Below, in pieces: positions 52,424 to 64,000 of a DNA stretch of 64,000 bases. Numbering within the stretch: the stretch's first letter is position 1; every line of letters begins with the position of its first letter. A model generated the notes under the pieces. It had not been told where the DNA came from. It saw only the letters and a list, made by a program, of their open reading frames with translations, and did not search any database. The DNA comes from Takakia lepidozioides (lineage: Eukaryota; Plantae; Bryophyta), in contig CM060734.1 in the NCBI GenBank assembly GCA_030704615.1, positions 30,132,001 to 30,196,000 on the forward strand, read 5' to 3'. A program made the position numbers and the translations under genes.

Positions 52424-53312
52424 GATGAAATGTGTCTCACTTCTCCGCCACCAAATGTAACCAACAGTCCTTGTGGCTAGCATATTTTGGTGCCGTATCC
52501 TATCTTAGCTTATTCTTCCTGCTGCAGCTTCTGTCTGGGGATGTTGAAACTGAAAACATTGCTCCAGCACTGCTATCCAGAGGTTTTGTCAGGGGGAGCT
52601 TAACATCATGAATAGATGTGTATAAATCAATGTAGGTGTGAGACTTCGAAGCTTCACAAGGAATTTCTTAGGTGCTTTCCTGGCAGGGTGATTCACCTCG
52701 CCAATAATTAATGTAGATTAGGAAGACAAGTCAGTGTCTCCCCCTTGTGTCCAAATATGAAAAGGCAGTGCACCAACCCCTAACATCCTCCAGCGGTTGG
52801 AACACTTGACAAAACTGATGGATCTATTCCTCCCCACAGAATAAGACTTTTGACAGTGAGGCAATGGCAGCCTTACACCAGCAATTTTGATAGACTGGAT
52901 AGAGGGAGGCAGGGATGCTGATCTCAGTAGAGTGTTCTGTAGCTGTTTGACAACAGTAGCAGACGGGAAGGGCATCTGAGCTTCATTAGGATGGATGCAG
53001 TCTCTTTGGAAGATCTCAAAGCATCCTCTTTGACAGGAACTTGTTTACCAAGAGAAAGTTACTTCAATCACTTCGGTAAAAGATTGGTTAGTACAGTTTC
53101 AGCATCAGGGATTGTCTTTTGTAACATACAATATTGGAATCCCAGTACAATCCAGTTGAATCATTTTCTGCATGATCTACTCTCAACTGCCCCTAGTACT
53201 GTGGGTTCGAATACTGTATACAATGCCTGTCTTCTGTTGCACCAAAGCTTGATCATATATGTAATGTTTGACTCATTGCTCTTCCATTCTTCTCTGCATG
53301 TTGTGTGTTCTT

Positions 53313-54185
53313 CTAATAACTGCCACAAGAACAAATCACATCTTGAAAGCTGTCATATAGTTTGGCATCACATCCAACAACTGCCCACCTAATAATTGGA
53401 TTTCTGTCCAGAGCTCTGAATGTTTTTGTGAAGAAAATTCAACCAAGGGTGCAGGTAAGCGGCGGGCGTAACTATGACTCCCTCTAAGGATGCCTCATCA
53501 CCTAAGTAGTGATGCATATGTGTGGATTAACAATATTCCCTTTAGGTGAACTTGGTGGCAGTCGCTACCAAAGGTTCTTCATGACATCGCTGGGTGTCCA
53601 GTGTAAAGATTGAGATGCACCATGTGTGAGAAGAGCGCAGGAACAGGGATGAATTACTATATCAAGATCTAAAGGGGATTAATTTCTGGGAAGGAATTAC
53701 AGCTACTCTTACAATGATTTCTCCAAAGCCAATCCCCAATATGATGTTAAGCACTTCATTTGCCTTAACAATTTCCTTAGTTCAGTGTGGATTTCAGTTG
53801 TGGGTGTGACGTGTGCGGATGTATGCCATAGGTGGCCCATCTTGAGGTTGGCTCCTTCTTGACACCTCCGTCCTGCATCATTTTTCTCACTCCTACTGCC
53901 AGCAGCAGCATAGATATTTGAGAGTAGTACAGAAATTTGAGTCCTGTGGATCAACATATTCAGCTGCGCGTTCTGCTAGCTCCACCTTGCCATGAATCTG
54001 GCAGGCACCAAGCAAGGTCTCCCAGACTGCAGCATCTGATTTGATTGGGAATTTTTAATAAGTTCTCTGCTTCATCCAATCGCTCTCATGGCCAAAAAGG
54101 TCCATCAGGGAATGAAATCCTCCCACTGCAGGAGTGAGGCCACGATCTTCATTCATGCAATCAAAGTAATGATGGCCATGATTCA
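53313..54185 (-). pseudogene. Decayed E/E+/DYW tail of the PPR gene
   Basis: Frameshifted remnants HEGLVNHGHHYFDCM, DAAVWETLLGACQIHGKVELAERAA, LLSNIYAAAG, VRKMMQDGGVKKEP, EIHTELRKL, VMKNLW..SDCH..KF and DAKLYDSFQDVICSCGSY* (canonical CSCGDYW). Confidence 0.85.
53399..53540 (+). rRNA. Degenerate nuclear LSU (25S/28S) rRNA fragment, non-functional
   Basis: gatttctgtccagagctctgaatg..gtgaagaaaattcaaccaag..ggtaagcggcgggcgtaactatgactccctctaagg-atgcctcatcacctaagtagtga...tggattaacaatattccc aligns to the conserved LSU segment around the I-PpoI/R2 site. Confidence 0.85.
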
Positions 54186-56393
54186 CTAAGACCTCATGGC
54201 TTCATGCTTTGCAAAGGTCATACTCTCTGGTGCTAGGCCTTGCTGTTGCATTTGTTGAAATAGTTCGAGAGCCTCCCTACCACCACGCTGAGTGTATCCT
54301 GCAATCATCGTATTCCATGAGACCACATTCTTTTCAGGCATTTTGTCAAAAACTTGACAGGCATCCTTCATGCTTCCACATTTGACATACATGTTAACAA
54401 GGGCAGTTGCCAGAGTGGTGTCTGGCACAATTCCAGCCTTCATGATGTCTGTGTGGACCTCTTTGCCCTTTTCCAGTGCTTCTAGGCTGGCACACACGTT
54501 GAGAATGCAGCAGAGCATGACATTATTCGCAGTGAACCCTTGCTGTATCATTTGCTCATACAGTTCAAACGCCTCCCTATTCCACCCATGCTGAGCATAT
54601 CCTGCAATCATAGCACACCATGACACGACATTTCGTTGAGTCATAGCGTCAAACACTTGAAACGCATCCTTCATGCTCCCAGATTTGGCATACATGTCTG
54701 CGAGAGCAGTCTCCAGAATAATATCTGGTGCAATTCCACATTTGATGATGTCAGCATGGACCTCTTTGCCCTTTTCCAGGTCTCTTAGGCTGGCACAAGC
54801 GTTAAGAATGCAAACAAAAGTCACATTGTCTGGCACCACACCCTCCTGTCCCATTTGCTCATACATCTCGAAAGCATACCTACGATAACCATGCTTAGCA
54901 TATCCTGCGATCAATGCATTCCATGAAACCACATTTCGTTCAGCCATAGTGTCAAACACTTGACGTGCATCCCTCATGCTCCCACTTTTGGCATACATGG
55001 CAGCAAGGGCAGTATCCAGAATGACATCTGGTGCCATTCCAGCTTCAATGATGTCAGCATGGACCTTTTTGACCTTTCCGAGGTCTGTCAGGTTGGCACA
55101 CGCTTTGAGAACACACATAAATGTGACATTGTTGGGCTTCACCCCCTCCTGAATCATTTGCTCATACATCTGAAAAGCCCCCCTACTATACCCATGTTTA
55201 GCATATCCTGCGATCATCATATTCCACGCAACTACATTTCGTTGAGCCATATTGTCAAACACTCGACGTGCATCCCTTACACTCCCACATTTGCCATACA
55301 TGGCAGCAAGGGAAGTCTCCAGAATGATATCAGGTACAATTCCAGCATTGATGATGTCAGCATGGATTTCCATGCCCTTTTCCAGGGCTCCTAGGCTGGA
55401 ACAGGCATTGAGAGCGCAAATGAATGTGACTCTGTTGGGTCTCACTCCTTCCTGCTGCATTTGCTCATACATCTTCAAAGCCTCCCTACCACACCCATGC
55501 TGGAAATATCCTTCAATCATCGTACTCCAGGAGACCACATTTCGTTCAGCCATTTGGTCAAAAATTTGACGTGCATCCTCGATGCTCCAGCATTTGGCAT
55601 ACATGTCAGCAAGCACTGTCTCCAAAACCATGTCTGGTGCAATTCCAGATTTGATCATGTCAGCATGGACCTCTTTGCCCTTTTCTAGGACGCCTAGGGT
55701 GGCACATGCATTGAGAACGGAAATGAATGTGACCCTGTCTGGCGTGACTCCTTCCAATTGCATTTGCTCGTACAACTCAAAAGCCTCCTTACCATACCCA
55801 AGCTTGGCATATCCTGTTATCATTATATTCCATGTAAACATGTCTCGTTTAACTATTTTCTCAAACACTTGCCATGCATCCACCACACTCCCACACTTGG
55901 CATACATATTGACAAGGTTGTTGAGTAGAAAGATGTTTGGCTTCAATCCACTTCGGGTGATGTGGTTGTGCACCTGCTTTCCCTCTTCTAGGCATTCCAT
56001 ATGGATACACTCCTGCAAGATGCAGACATAAGTATCAGAGTCTGCCCTAATGTCTCCTTGGTTCAGAATCTGCAGCACATCTCTCAGTCGTCCTGCCTTA
56101 CAAAGTGTCCTCACACGCCCACAGGTGTCAGAAGAGTTCTGGTTGCCTGCCTTTGCTGGTGCTTTAAGGTGGGTCAACTTGTCTGTAGCTCGTGTTGGAC
56201 CAGACTCTTCCCTTTGACCGGAATCTCTTGGACCATGCATCATTGCAGCTGGCTGTGCTTTTACCCATGGAGGGTTCAACCAACGCTCGATTGACAGGAT
56301 CTCCTTTGTGGACTTATGTCTGAAGTCTGCAATCTTGGACCTTTCTGTGAACATCATCACCATAGGCAGCTGAGTAGCCATGGCTTCAACCAC
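54186..56393 (-). CDS. PLS-class pentatricopeptide repeat protein (organellar RNA-editing-factor type), ORF ending before the E/DYW domains
   Basis: 735-aa single-exon ORF (first ATG at 56381) with repeated ALAxMYAKCGSxxDARQVFD / NVVSWNAMIAGYAQHG / PDxVTFxCILNACASL triplets. Confidence 0.9.
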   Translation of the reverse strand: MVEAMATQLPMVMMFTERSKIADFRHKSTKEILSIERWLNPPWVKAQPAAMMHGPRDSGQREESGPTRATDKLTHLKAPAKAGNQNSSDTCGRVRTLCKAGRLRDVLQILNQGDIRADSDTYVCILQECIHMECLEEGKQVHNHITRSGLKPNIFLLNNLVNMYAKCGSVVDAWQVFEKIVKRDMFTWNIMITGYAKLGYGKEAFELYEQMQLEGVTPDRVTFISVLNACATLGVLEKGKEVHADMIKSGIAPDMVLETVLADMYAKCWSIEDARQIFDQMAERNVVSWSTMIEGYFQHGCGREALKMYEQMQQEGVRPNRVTFICALNACSSLGALEKGMEIHADIINAGIVPDIILETSLAAMYGKCGSVRDARRVFDNMAQRNVVAWNMMIAGYAKHGYSRGAFQMYEQMIQEGVKPNNVTFMCVLKACANLTDLGKVKKVHADIIEAGMAPDVILDTALAAMYAKSGSMRDARQVFDTMAERNVVSWNALIAGYAKHGYRRYAFEMYEQMGQEGVVPDNVTFVCILNACASLRDLEKGKEVHADIIKCGIAPDIILETALADMYAKSGSMKDAFQVFDAMTQRNVVSWCAMIAGYAQHGWNREAFELYEQMIQQGFTANNVMLCCILNVCASLEALEKGKEVHTDIMKAGIVPDTTLATALVNMYVKCGSMKDACQVFDKMPEKNVVSWNTMIAGYTQRGGREALELFQQMQQQGLAPESMTFAKHEAMRS

Positions 56394-56859
56394 AGCCTCA
56401 CATATGTCAGACCGCTACCAAAGCTCCATTTATAAGAGGGACCAACCTTGGACAACCTCCTGATAGCACTCCTGATAGACAACCTCCTCACTTTTGCTGC
56501 TTTTTCCATGACGAAGATAACTTCAAGCCACTGGAGCTACAATCCAGTCCCTGAAAAATCATCATCATGCCAGCTCCAGTCACAAGCCCTCCCTGACAAA
56601 CTGTCACAGCCTCAGTGAAGATAGCATCACACCTTATCAAACCTATTGTCCCACCACCATGAAGGATCTGAGAAGAACTCCTGCCAGAGCCATTCTTTGC
56701 TTACTGCTTCGCCTGCATATTGAGGGATAGATCTTCATCAGGCCCTATGGTTGAGTATCATTAAGTTGTCATGACGATAAAAATCATTCTTTACATTCTT
56801 TCTTTTTTCCCTCTCTTCTTGTGCAAGGATGACACACACAAATCGAGAAATGGTCCAAA

Positions 56860-57003
56860 GTTCCTGTTTGTATCAAGATAAGTCATACTACCGCAGTGAG
56901 CCCCTCACAAAGGTAGTTTCTGGTCCCTTTTGTTCTGCCCAAACTGGTCACGGGGATATGGCCACAAGGCTACAGCAAACAATGTCTGATGAGCACATCT
57001 CTT
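56860..57003 (+). mobile_element. 3' end of the (CT)n-tailed LINE family
   Basis: gtttgtatcaagataagtcatactaccgc...atggccacaaggctacagcaaacaatgtctgatgagcacatctct matches the intronic copies in the opposite orientation. Confidence 0.8.
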
Positions 57004-57039
57004 CCCGTGAACCTGTAGGCTTTGACTTGCTGATTTACC

Positions 57040-58182
57040 TTCTTTCTATGAGGATCAGAAATGCTAGACAGCTTACCTGCATGAACTGACTCTTAGGCAA
57101 TCCCTTCAGCAATAGTTGCTTTTGGGCTGTTTGTGGCCCCTCTCTCTCCCCAAGCCAATCTTCCTTCCCCATAACCTCCAAACCCCTACACTTCTCTTTC
57201 TTCACTACAGCGAATGACAGCAAGGCAGTCAAGAAGTTGCAAAATGGCAGGGCACTGGATATGTCAGGGCTACAGTGTGAATTCATCAAGCATGCGGCAA
57301 CAACTTTGGCCCCATTTATAGCACACCTCTTCAGTGAAGCGGTGCAACAAGGCTTTCCAACAGAGTGGACACACAGCATCATCCACCCCCTCTTCAAGAA
57401 CGGTGCAGGCTCGCACCGACCAACTATCACACAATTATGGTGCCTTGACTGGCTAAACTGTTTGGGGCAGTAGTGGCCATGGAACTGGATGATTGGCTGA
57501 GTCCTCTCAGATGCGTGCTATGGGGGAAGCAGGTTGTCTTCCACTATGAGGATCAGAAATGCTTGGCAGCTTACCTGCACAAGGCCTTGACCCTCAGACA
57601 ATCCCTTGAGCAGTAGTTGCTTTTGGGCTGTTTTTTGGCTCTGGTTTTGTTTCCTCTCTCTTGTTTTTTCCATTTTGTCCCATAAGCTCTTTGAGCTTTC
57701 CGCGGACGTCATAAAGTACCATTTCACCTCATTTCATTTCTCTTTCTTGTTTCTTGCTTCCTCTTGTCCACCATAAGCTCTTTGAGCTTTCCAAGAACGT
57801 TATTAAGTATCATTTCATTTCACTTCCTTTTTCTTTACTGGTAGGTGGGACAACCTGCAACGTGAGGACTGCCTATGCCCTGCTTGAGCTGGGAAATTGG
57901 AAGTGAAGAATATTTCTTCTTTCTTCTTTCATTGATCTTAGTATGAGATCCATGGGAGATGCAATTCTCTATTCTGTGATACCCACTCTCTCGTGGAGGT
58001 CTTCCATTACGAGGATCAGAAATGCTTGGCATTCCCTGCATGAGTCCTTGACCCTTAGACAATCCCTTGAGCAATAGTTGCTTTTGGGCTGATTGGGCAG
58101 CCCCTCTCTCTTTCTTGTTCTTTCTCTTGTCCCATAAGCTCTTTGAGCTTTCTGCAGACGTTATAAGGTACCATTTCATTTC
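57040..58182 (+). mobile_element. Cluster of RTEX-like LINE fragments and (CATTT)n-tailed 3' ends
   Basis: RT N-terminal piece DMSGLQCEFIKHA...LAPFIAHLF...FPTEWTHSIIHPLFKNG at ~57237-57420; gaggatcagaaatgct...caatcccttg/cagc..tagttgcttttgggctg repeated at ~57050, ~57548 and ~58011. Confidence 0.75.
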
Positions 58183-60781
58183 TTCTCTGTCTCAAGGAGA
58201 TTGTCACTGCAATCACCTGCACATCTCATTCAGGGCTAACGCAGCTGTGCTGGAATCAATGTTCTTGTCTGGCATTATGTTAGTACAAGACCTTCCATCA
58301 ATTCACAATAACATTGACTCTGTGCAAGGGATGTGTCTTGGAGGTTGTCTTACCCTGGTGGATAAAAATTCCCACAACTGGCTCCCCCAGGCTTTGTATC
58401 TGGACTGCGTTCAAAAGGGAATTGTGGCTCTGAACTGTTCCAAACGAACTACCACAATGTGTGTCATATATGTGGTAACCAGATCTTCACAGTCCGTGGT
58501 GAGGTGACTGTCCTACTTTTACCTCGCGGGGGTGCTATGCGTGAGCGGGGCCGTAACCCTCAGCACCAGAAAACTCCTGGTAGGTAGGTTCCTCAAAACA
58601 GGTATCCCACGCAAGCTATGTGAACACATACATCTCTCTCTTTTATGCAATGAATGGAAAGAGGAGAGATGTATCAAACTAATCAGGAGGTACTGGAAAA
58701 CCCGATGGAAGGAAGACAAAGGGGTTGATTACACTGACGTTTCTCTAGAACCGTACTTCGACCAGGCGTGGGTACTATAAGCCCAAAAACAGACAAAGAG
58801 CTATGTGTATACCTGTCTTGGCAAACCGGTGAGAAGTCATAGCCTTCACTTGCAAAGGTGTCGTCTCCGGTATGGCCAGGGTGTCTGCCCATTTCAACTC
58901 CACAGCCTGACCGTCTACTACGCTGCACGATACGAGGCCTCCGACACGTTCACCGCAAGAAGAAGACATGGACTTAGGCATGGCTACAGCCTGCGCGCTC
59001 TTCGGAATGCCGAAGCAAGCTGCCATCACCGTGACAAGGACTCGACAATCCTGTAACAACTCACAAAATGATCGGTAGTGTTGCAAGTTTCTACGTTGAG
59101 GGCAGTCAATTGGCCTGTTACAAGGGATGTAAAGAGAACTTCCCTGCCTTCCTCAACAACCGCATCCTGCTTCTGCCACCCCAGTCCCACCCTGCATTGA
59201 GCAATTTTCTCATAACATATCGTCACTTCAAAACATCCCATCTCCTTCAATGCCCTGAACATCCCACCCCCTCCGCAGGGCACAACGGTCTGGAGTACAT
59301 GTACATGAGCACAGGCTTGTCCTACATGGCAATCTCGGAAAAGTATTTCCATTCCCAAATACTCTCGAGTCTGACGTTATCTCCATCATGCCTCGAAGCT
59401 TGTGCATAGATTTGACAAACCCTTTCTCTCACGTTTCCTCCCCCGGTTGCTTCCCTAGTGCAACTGCGTTGACCCCTATTATCTAAGGACTCCCTCTGAA
59501 TTCTGTCTAAGGATAGACAAGCAAGACAAGCGACTCAATCGTAGGCAACAGTAGCCGAGCTTTTAGGCAAAGTGCAAAACAACAGGATCGGTGGTGGGAC
59601 ACGTGCGGGATGGGCAGAGAGAGAAGTGACGAGTCTTTATCCAGGTCCGCGCGGTGGGGAGCAGTCACAAATGCCCCTGCTTGCGGGCGTCTATCGGTGC
59701 CCGGAGGTGCGCTACAGGATCTCACGGTTCCCTCCTCATTCGAGTGCGATCTATGGTGGCATTCGCATTGCTTCAGCTTCTAGATTGGAAGGTGAGCACT
59801 TCCCTGCCAATTGCTTGCGTGTTTGTGTTGGTAATTAGGATAACAACGAACTAGATCTAGTTCGCGTGATGAGACTCCGGACTGTTGAGTCTTTACCGCA
59901 AGGTGACTTGTTGCAAGGTCCGTTGTTAAAATCTGCTGAACTCCAAGGGAATTGCGGTGGGTGTCGGTGCTATTGATGCATGCTGGGAGGTCGACTCTTA
60001 ATTGTCTTAACCACAGATGGATTGATCTGTTGTTATGAACTTCAGATTTCCCAGTGGATCTGACTGAGTATCTGCTGTGTACTGTCGTTAGAAATACTTG
60101 CTTCTGTCGTTGAGCATTTCACATGTGTATCTACGGTGGTGACTTGAGCAGTTATTCTTGAAGATAGCCACGGATTTCAGTGATGTTTGATAAGTGATTT
60201 AAAAACGATTGTAGTTCCCTTGGGGATCTTTCCTGTATTTGTGAATTGCGGCACAGAAGCCATCAGTTCGTTCAAGGCTTTCGGCACTTTCCAAGATTGT
60301 TTGCTTTCTGAGAAGAGATAAATGGTCCCGGTGATTTCTTTCCACTCTTTCCTCATGCGCCTGGAGTTCATGGCGTCAACTGTCGTAGCATATGAGTGAA
60401 ACAGTGCAAGAGAGGGGGGCGACAGCCCCATGGAGACAGACGGCCAGGAAGAGAATCTGACATCCCTTTCTTTTCAGTGATCTGGAGGCCCTGATGTTGC
60501 TGATTAGATCGATGAAGCAAGTCAAGTAAACAGCAATCACCAGCACTAATATGTGGAAGTTGCTTCAAAACATGAGCTCAGATTGGTAATCGTAGTTGAT
60601 GTTCGTGTGTGTCTTAAGAGACATCTCAGTTTAATTTTTTTGAAATTTTTTAATTTCTATTTGGATCAGCAAAAAAGATGGCAGAGAGTAGCTGATTCTA
60701 CTATTAGGGTGTCCCTTTTACTGTTTGCACACGGTAGTACATAACTATGTCATTGACTAAGTTCTTTCAGTCGAAGGTCTC

Positions 60782-62914
60782 ATGAATCTCTTGAAATACT
60801 CTGCAGCAAGTAATGGCAGAAAGAGAGAGGAAGGTGTAACAAGAATGAAAGCTGTAAGTGAAGGCATCAGCAACATGTCATTGCCAGTCGTACAGCACCA
60901 CAGTGAGAGGGTGCTGCAGGTGGATGCGCAACCCAACCATCTCTTGATTCTCGTCCACGGTATATTTGCCAGGTCACCATCTCTCTTGCTCTCTCTCTTT
61001 TGTAAGATATCCCCGGATCAATTTTGCCAGAGATTCTGATTCATTAATTTGTGCTGTCTTACAGTCCAAATGACTGGAAGTATATGGAAGGAGAGTTGAA
61101 GAACCGACTCAGCAACAAGTTCTTGATCCATGGTATGTTTTTCAAGACAAAATTTCATGAAGTTGGAAATCAAACACAATTTTTGATTGGAAGCAGTTCA
61201 TTACATAAACTTGGTGCACAATTATGTCTCACCTTCTGACCAGGGTGTAGACACCACCAGGCACACGACCCTGCCCTCAGTACTGGCAGAGATATGTACT
61301 ACTGTCTCCCAACCCTTTCTAGATAATCCTCGATCAGCCCATTTAAAGCAGAGGGTGAGTTTTGTGTGACACTCATATCATTTAGTGGTTGGTAAATAGT
61401 TACAATTTGTATGGTTTCAATTACCTCTTTGGAAACGATACTGGACTGTAGTTCGATGTCCACACTGGTAGCATGCTTAGTAATCAGGGGAAGTGTTGTA
61501 TCCATGGGCGCAGCAAGTTCTGTCAACTCATATCTGCAGACTTTAGCGGGCATTGATTTGGCGGGTAGGCGCTTGGCTGATGAGGTAAACCACCCAGGCA
61601 CATAAAGAGCAACACACACCCAGTTCCTTTGCTGCTTTTCCCATTCTTTAATGATGTTTCTATCTACGTTGTAAGCTTTAGGTGTTCCTTGACAAATGAG
61701 GTGCTAACCTCTTTCAGAGTCTGGGCTTCATGATACTTATGGCGATTTCAGATGAAGGTCTGCTTGAGGCAAGCAGTTCGTCAAGGCCACACGTGTTGGT
61801 TGGGTCATTGCATCTGAAATGAATTACAGTTCTCCTTCACTTATCTGTGCAGGTAATGCAAATTGTGGGGAGAAATCCAAGCTTGAAACGGATCTCATTT
61901 GTAGCCCACTCATTGGGTGGCCTTTTTGTGCGGTATGCGATTGCTGCACTGTATGTATGCCAAGATAACTACAATGAAGCCTCTTTTCTGTTGAATGACC
62001 CGGAGAGCAGAGGTGGGGAGTTTCCAGATGCTAGTAGCCTACTGCATCAGCGTGCCCAGGTGGCTGGATTAGAGCCTGTCAGCTTCATAACGCTTGCTAC
62101 CCCCCATCTAGGAGTGAGGGGGAAGAAACAGGTAGCTTACTTTCCCTAAGAAGTACGCGGATAGCTTTTGTAAGAAGCTTATGTCTTTCTGACTGAGTGC
62201 ATTGTAAACAAGATCTGGTTGGTTTGGAATGTGTCAACTCTTTGAGTGTCATTTAATTTGGATGTCCAGAGGTAAGAAACAGGTACATTGTAATTGGTGC
62301 TTGTTTTACTCTTTCACGGTTTAGGAAGATGGATGCAGAAGAGTCTCGCAGGAAGGGTGAACAAACTCTCTTTGGAGTAGTGTGAATGGTGCTAGTGCGA
62401 ATCACTTGTACTAGAGTAGCTTCTATCTTTCAGGAGACTATGTTAGGATAAGCTGGGAAAGAACTGCTAATATTTTTAAACTGCTGCAGCTACCATTTTT
62501 GCTGGGAGTGCCAGTCCTGGAGAAGCTGGCACCACCATTGGCACCATTTGTGGTGGGACGGACAGGACGACAACTCTTTCTGAAGGATGGAAAGTCTAGT
62601 GACCCCCCTCTACTCTTGCGCATGGCCTCTGACTGTGCAGAAGGTCCCTTCATGTATGTATGTGCTAATTTCTTCCTTCGTGCCATTTGTTTGTGTTCGA
62701 TGATTGAGAGTTCAATGTCTTAACCATCTTGGGTGCTGGTTAACCTGGAAATGCCTGTAGAATACAGGGAGTGGCAGTTGTCTTGTCTGCTTAGACGACA
62801 TCAAAGGATGATAGAAAGCAGATTAGTGCAACTTATGTGTTTGTTTTGTTGATTACAGATCTGCACTTCGATCTTTTCAAGCAAGGGTGGCCTATGCCAA
62901 CGTCAGCTATGATC
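60782..62914 (+). CDS. DUF676 putative lipase/serine esterase (alpha/beta-hydrolase, ROG1-like); start uncertain, gene probably continues beyond the window
   Basis: Exons approximately 60782-60972 (HLLILVHGIFAS), 61064-61132 (PNDWKY), 61514-61584 (TLAGIDLAGRRLADE), 61853-62131 (ISFVAHSLGGL, TLATPHLGVRGKKQ), 62490-62654 (GRTGRQLFL..PPLLLRMASD) and 62859-62914 (ALRSFQARVAYANVSYD). Confidence 0.88.
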
Positions 62915-63289
62915 GTATCCTCTCCTACAGTTTGAACCAATGAAGGGGTGCAATGTGTAGGAGAAGGGGAGAGAACCTCCCTTGAAACGGCAAGGACTGA
63001 TACAGATACTTTCATCTCAAACCAAACCATGCCTCCACTCACTCTCATATATCTACTCCTAATCTACATACCACATGGCCTTGATTGTCTTGCAACTGCA
63101 GTACGAAGAGAAGAAGAATGTTGTTACCTCAACAGGGCGCTGAAGGGCAAATGTCCTGAGAGAAAGTTTTCAAAACCAAGGCTTATATGCATAACAGAGT
63201 TGTAGGTTCTGTATTGACCTACACAGGGGGAGAAAGAAAGAAAGAGGAGAAAAGCTTTATAATGTCCAGGGGCTGAGGAAAGGGGGGAG

Positions 63290-63690
63290 AGGGGGAGAGA
63301 ATGTACTCATAAGACGTTGTTTGCTGTAGGGGAGAGGAAGAGAGAGAGAGAGAGAGAGAAGAAAACTTCTTATGTCCCTGGCAGGCCCAGAGGCCCCATA
63401 GAGCACAGTAGAATGAGTGGAACCAAAGAACGAATCTAACCCCACAGGTTGCACGAAGAGTGAGACATTTCCTCTGGTGGGTGAAAGAAGTGATTCCTGA
63501 CCTACCCTCTAATAGATATGGTTGGATGGCGTACATCGTCGATTCGAAGAGAAGACGAGCTGTCAAAGGTAATCTTTCCCTTTCAACTTCCTGATCTTGA
63601 TTCAACCAGATCGAAAAAAAGTACTCCTGAGACATTGTTTGCCATAGCCTTGTGGCCATAGACCCTGTGCCCAGTTTGGATGGAACCAGA
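63290..63690 (-). mobile_element. Intronic 3'-end fragments of the (CT)n-tailed LINE family
   Basis: gagagaatgtactcataagacgttgtttgc at ~63295, flanked by GA-rich sequence; gtactcctgagacattgtttgccatagccttgtggccatagaccctgtgcccagtttg at ~63621-63678. Confidence 0.75.
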
Positions 63691-64000
63691 TCACGAGAAA
63701 ATATGTTAAAGAGGCATGCCTGGTTATTACCAGGTATGGTGTGTTGCAAGAGCAGTTTCCTGTAGCTGAAAGTTGGAAGGAGAGTATATTGAGCTACATG
63801 GCTGAGTTGGGTTCTTCAGTATCAACAGGGTGTCAGGCTATGATAGAACTAGAGCATTTCTACAACTTATTCTGCAAAGCAGCATTAAGGCATGGGAAAA
63901 AAGGCAGACTGCATGAAGGTGTTCAGTACAGCCACTCACTCTCAACAGAAACAATGCTGACAGTATCGAGTGTACAACTAATTCACTGTTGATGTGTTTT

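Noticed and set aside
53545-53600. Continuation of the rRNA fragment (gtggcag...gacatcgc)
   Set aside because: Better explained as the minus-strand DYW remnant KNL..DCH..KF.
54370-56294. Plus-strand ORFs overlapping the PPR gene
   Set aside because: Antisense shadows of the repetitive PPR coding frame.
56985-56995. CTGATGA as a hammerhead core
   Set aside because: It is a point variant of the LINE 3' end (other copies read cttatga or cttatca), with no flanking stems or GAAA.

Overview
Eukaryotic, intron-rich nuclear DNA from a land plant, probably a bryophyte or other non-seed plant (inferred from gene and transposon content, not proven). Genes: the 3' part of an L-cysteine desulfhydrase (+); three intact 7-exon paralogues of an ER-targeted cyclophilin (-); a Pro/Ser-rich extensin-like receptor kinase of the At4g02010/ALE2 group (+); a PLS-class PPR gene (-) with an intact PPR tract but a decayed E/DYW tail that is interrupted by a 25S/28S rRNA fragment; and the 5' part of a DUF676 alpha/beta-hydrolase (+). 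Intergenic DNA and introns hold a varied transposon fauna: an internally deleted piggyBac (TIRs, TTAA target-site duplication, transposase remnant) and a second TTAA-flanked MITE; a non-LTR fragment combining RNase H, a CCHC knuckle and a restriction-like endonuclease (Dualen/RandI-like); many copies of an RTEX-like LINE with a (CT)n tail, one of them internally scrambled; hAT-, Harbinger- and mariner-type MITEs with clean TSDs; tRNA-derived SINEs; foldback and tandem repeats. I found no prokaryotic-type system (CRISPR, operon). The most unusual signals are the piggyBac family in a plant, the Dualen-like element, the rRNA insertion in the DYW domain, and the divergence of the cyclophilin paralogues at substrate-gatekeeper residues. 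All alignments were done by eye.
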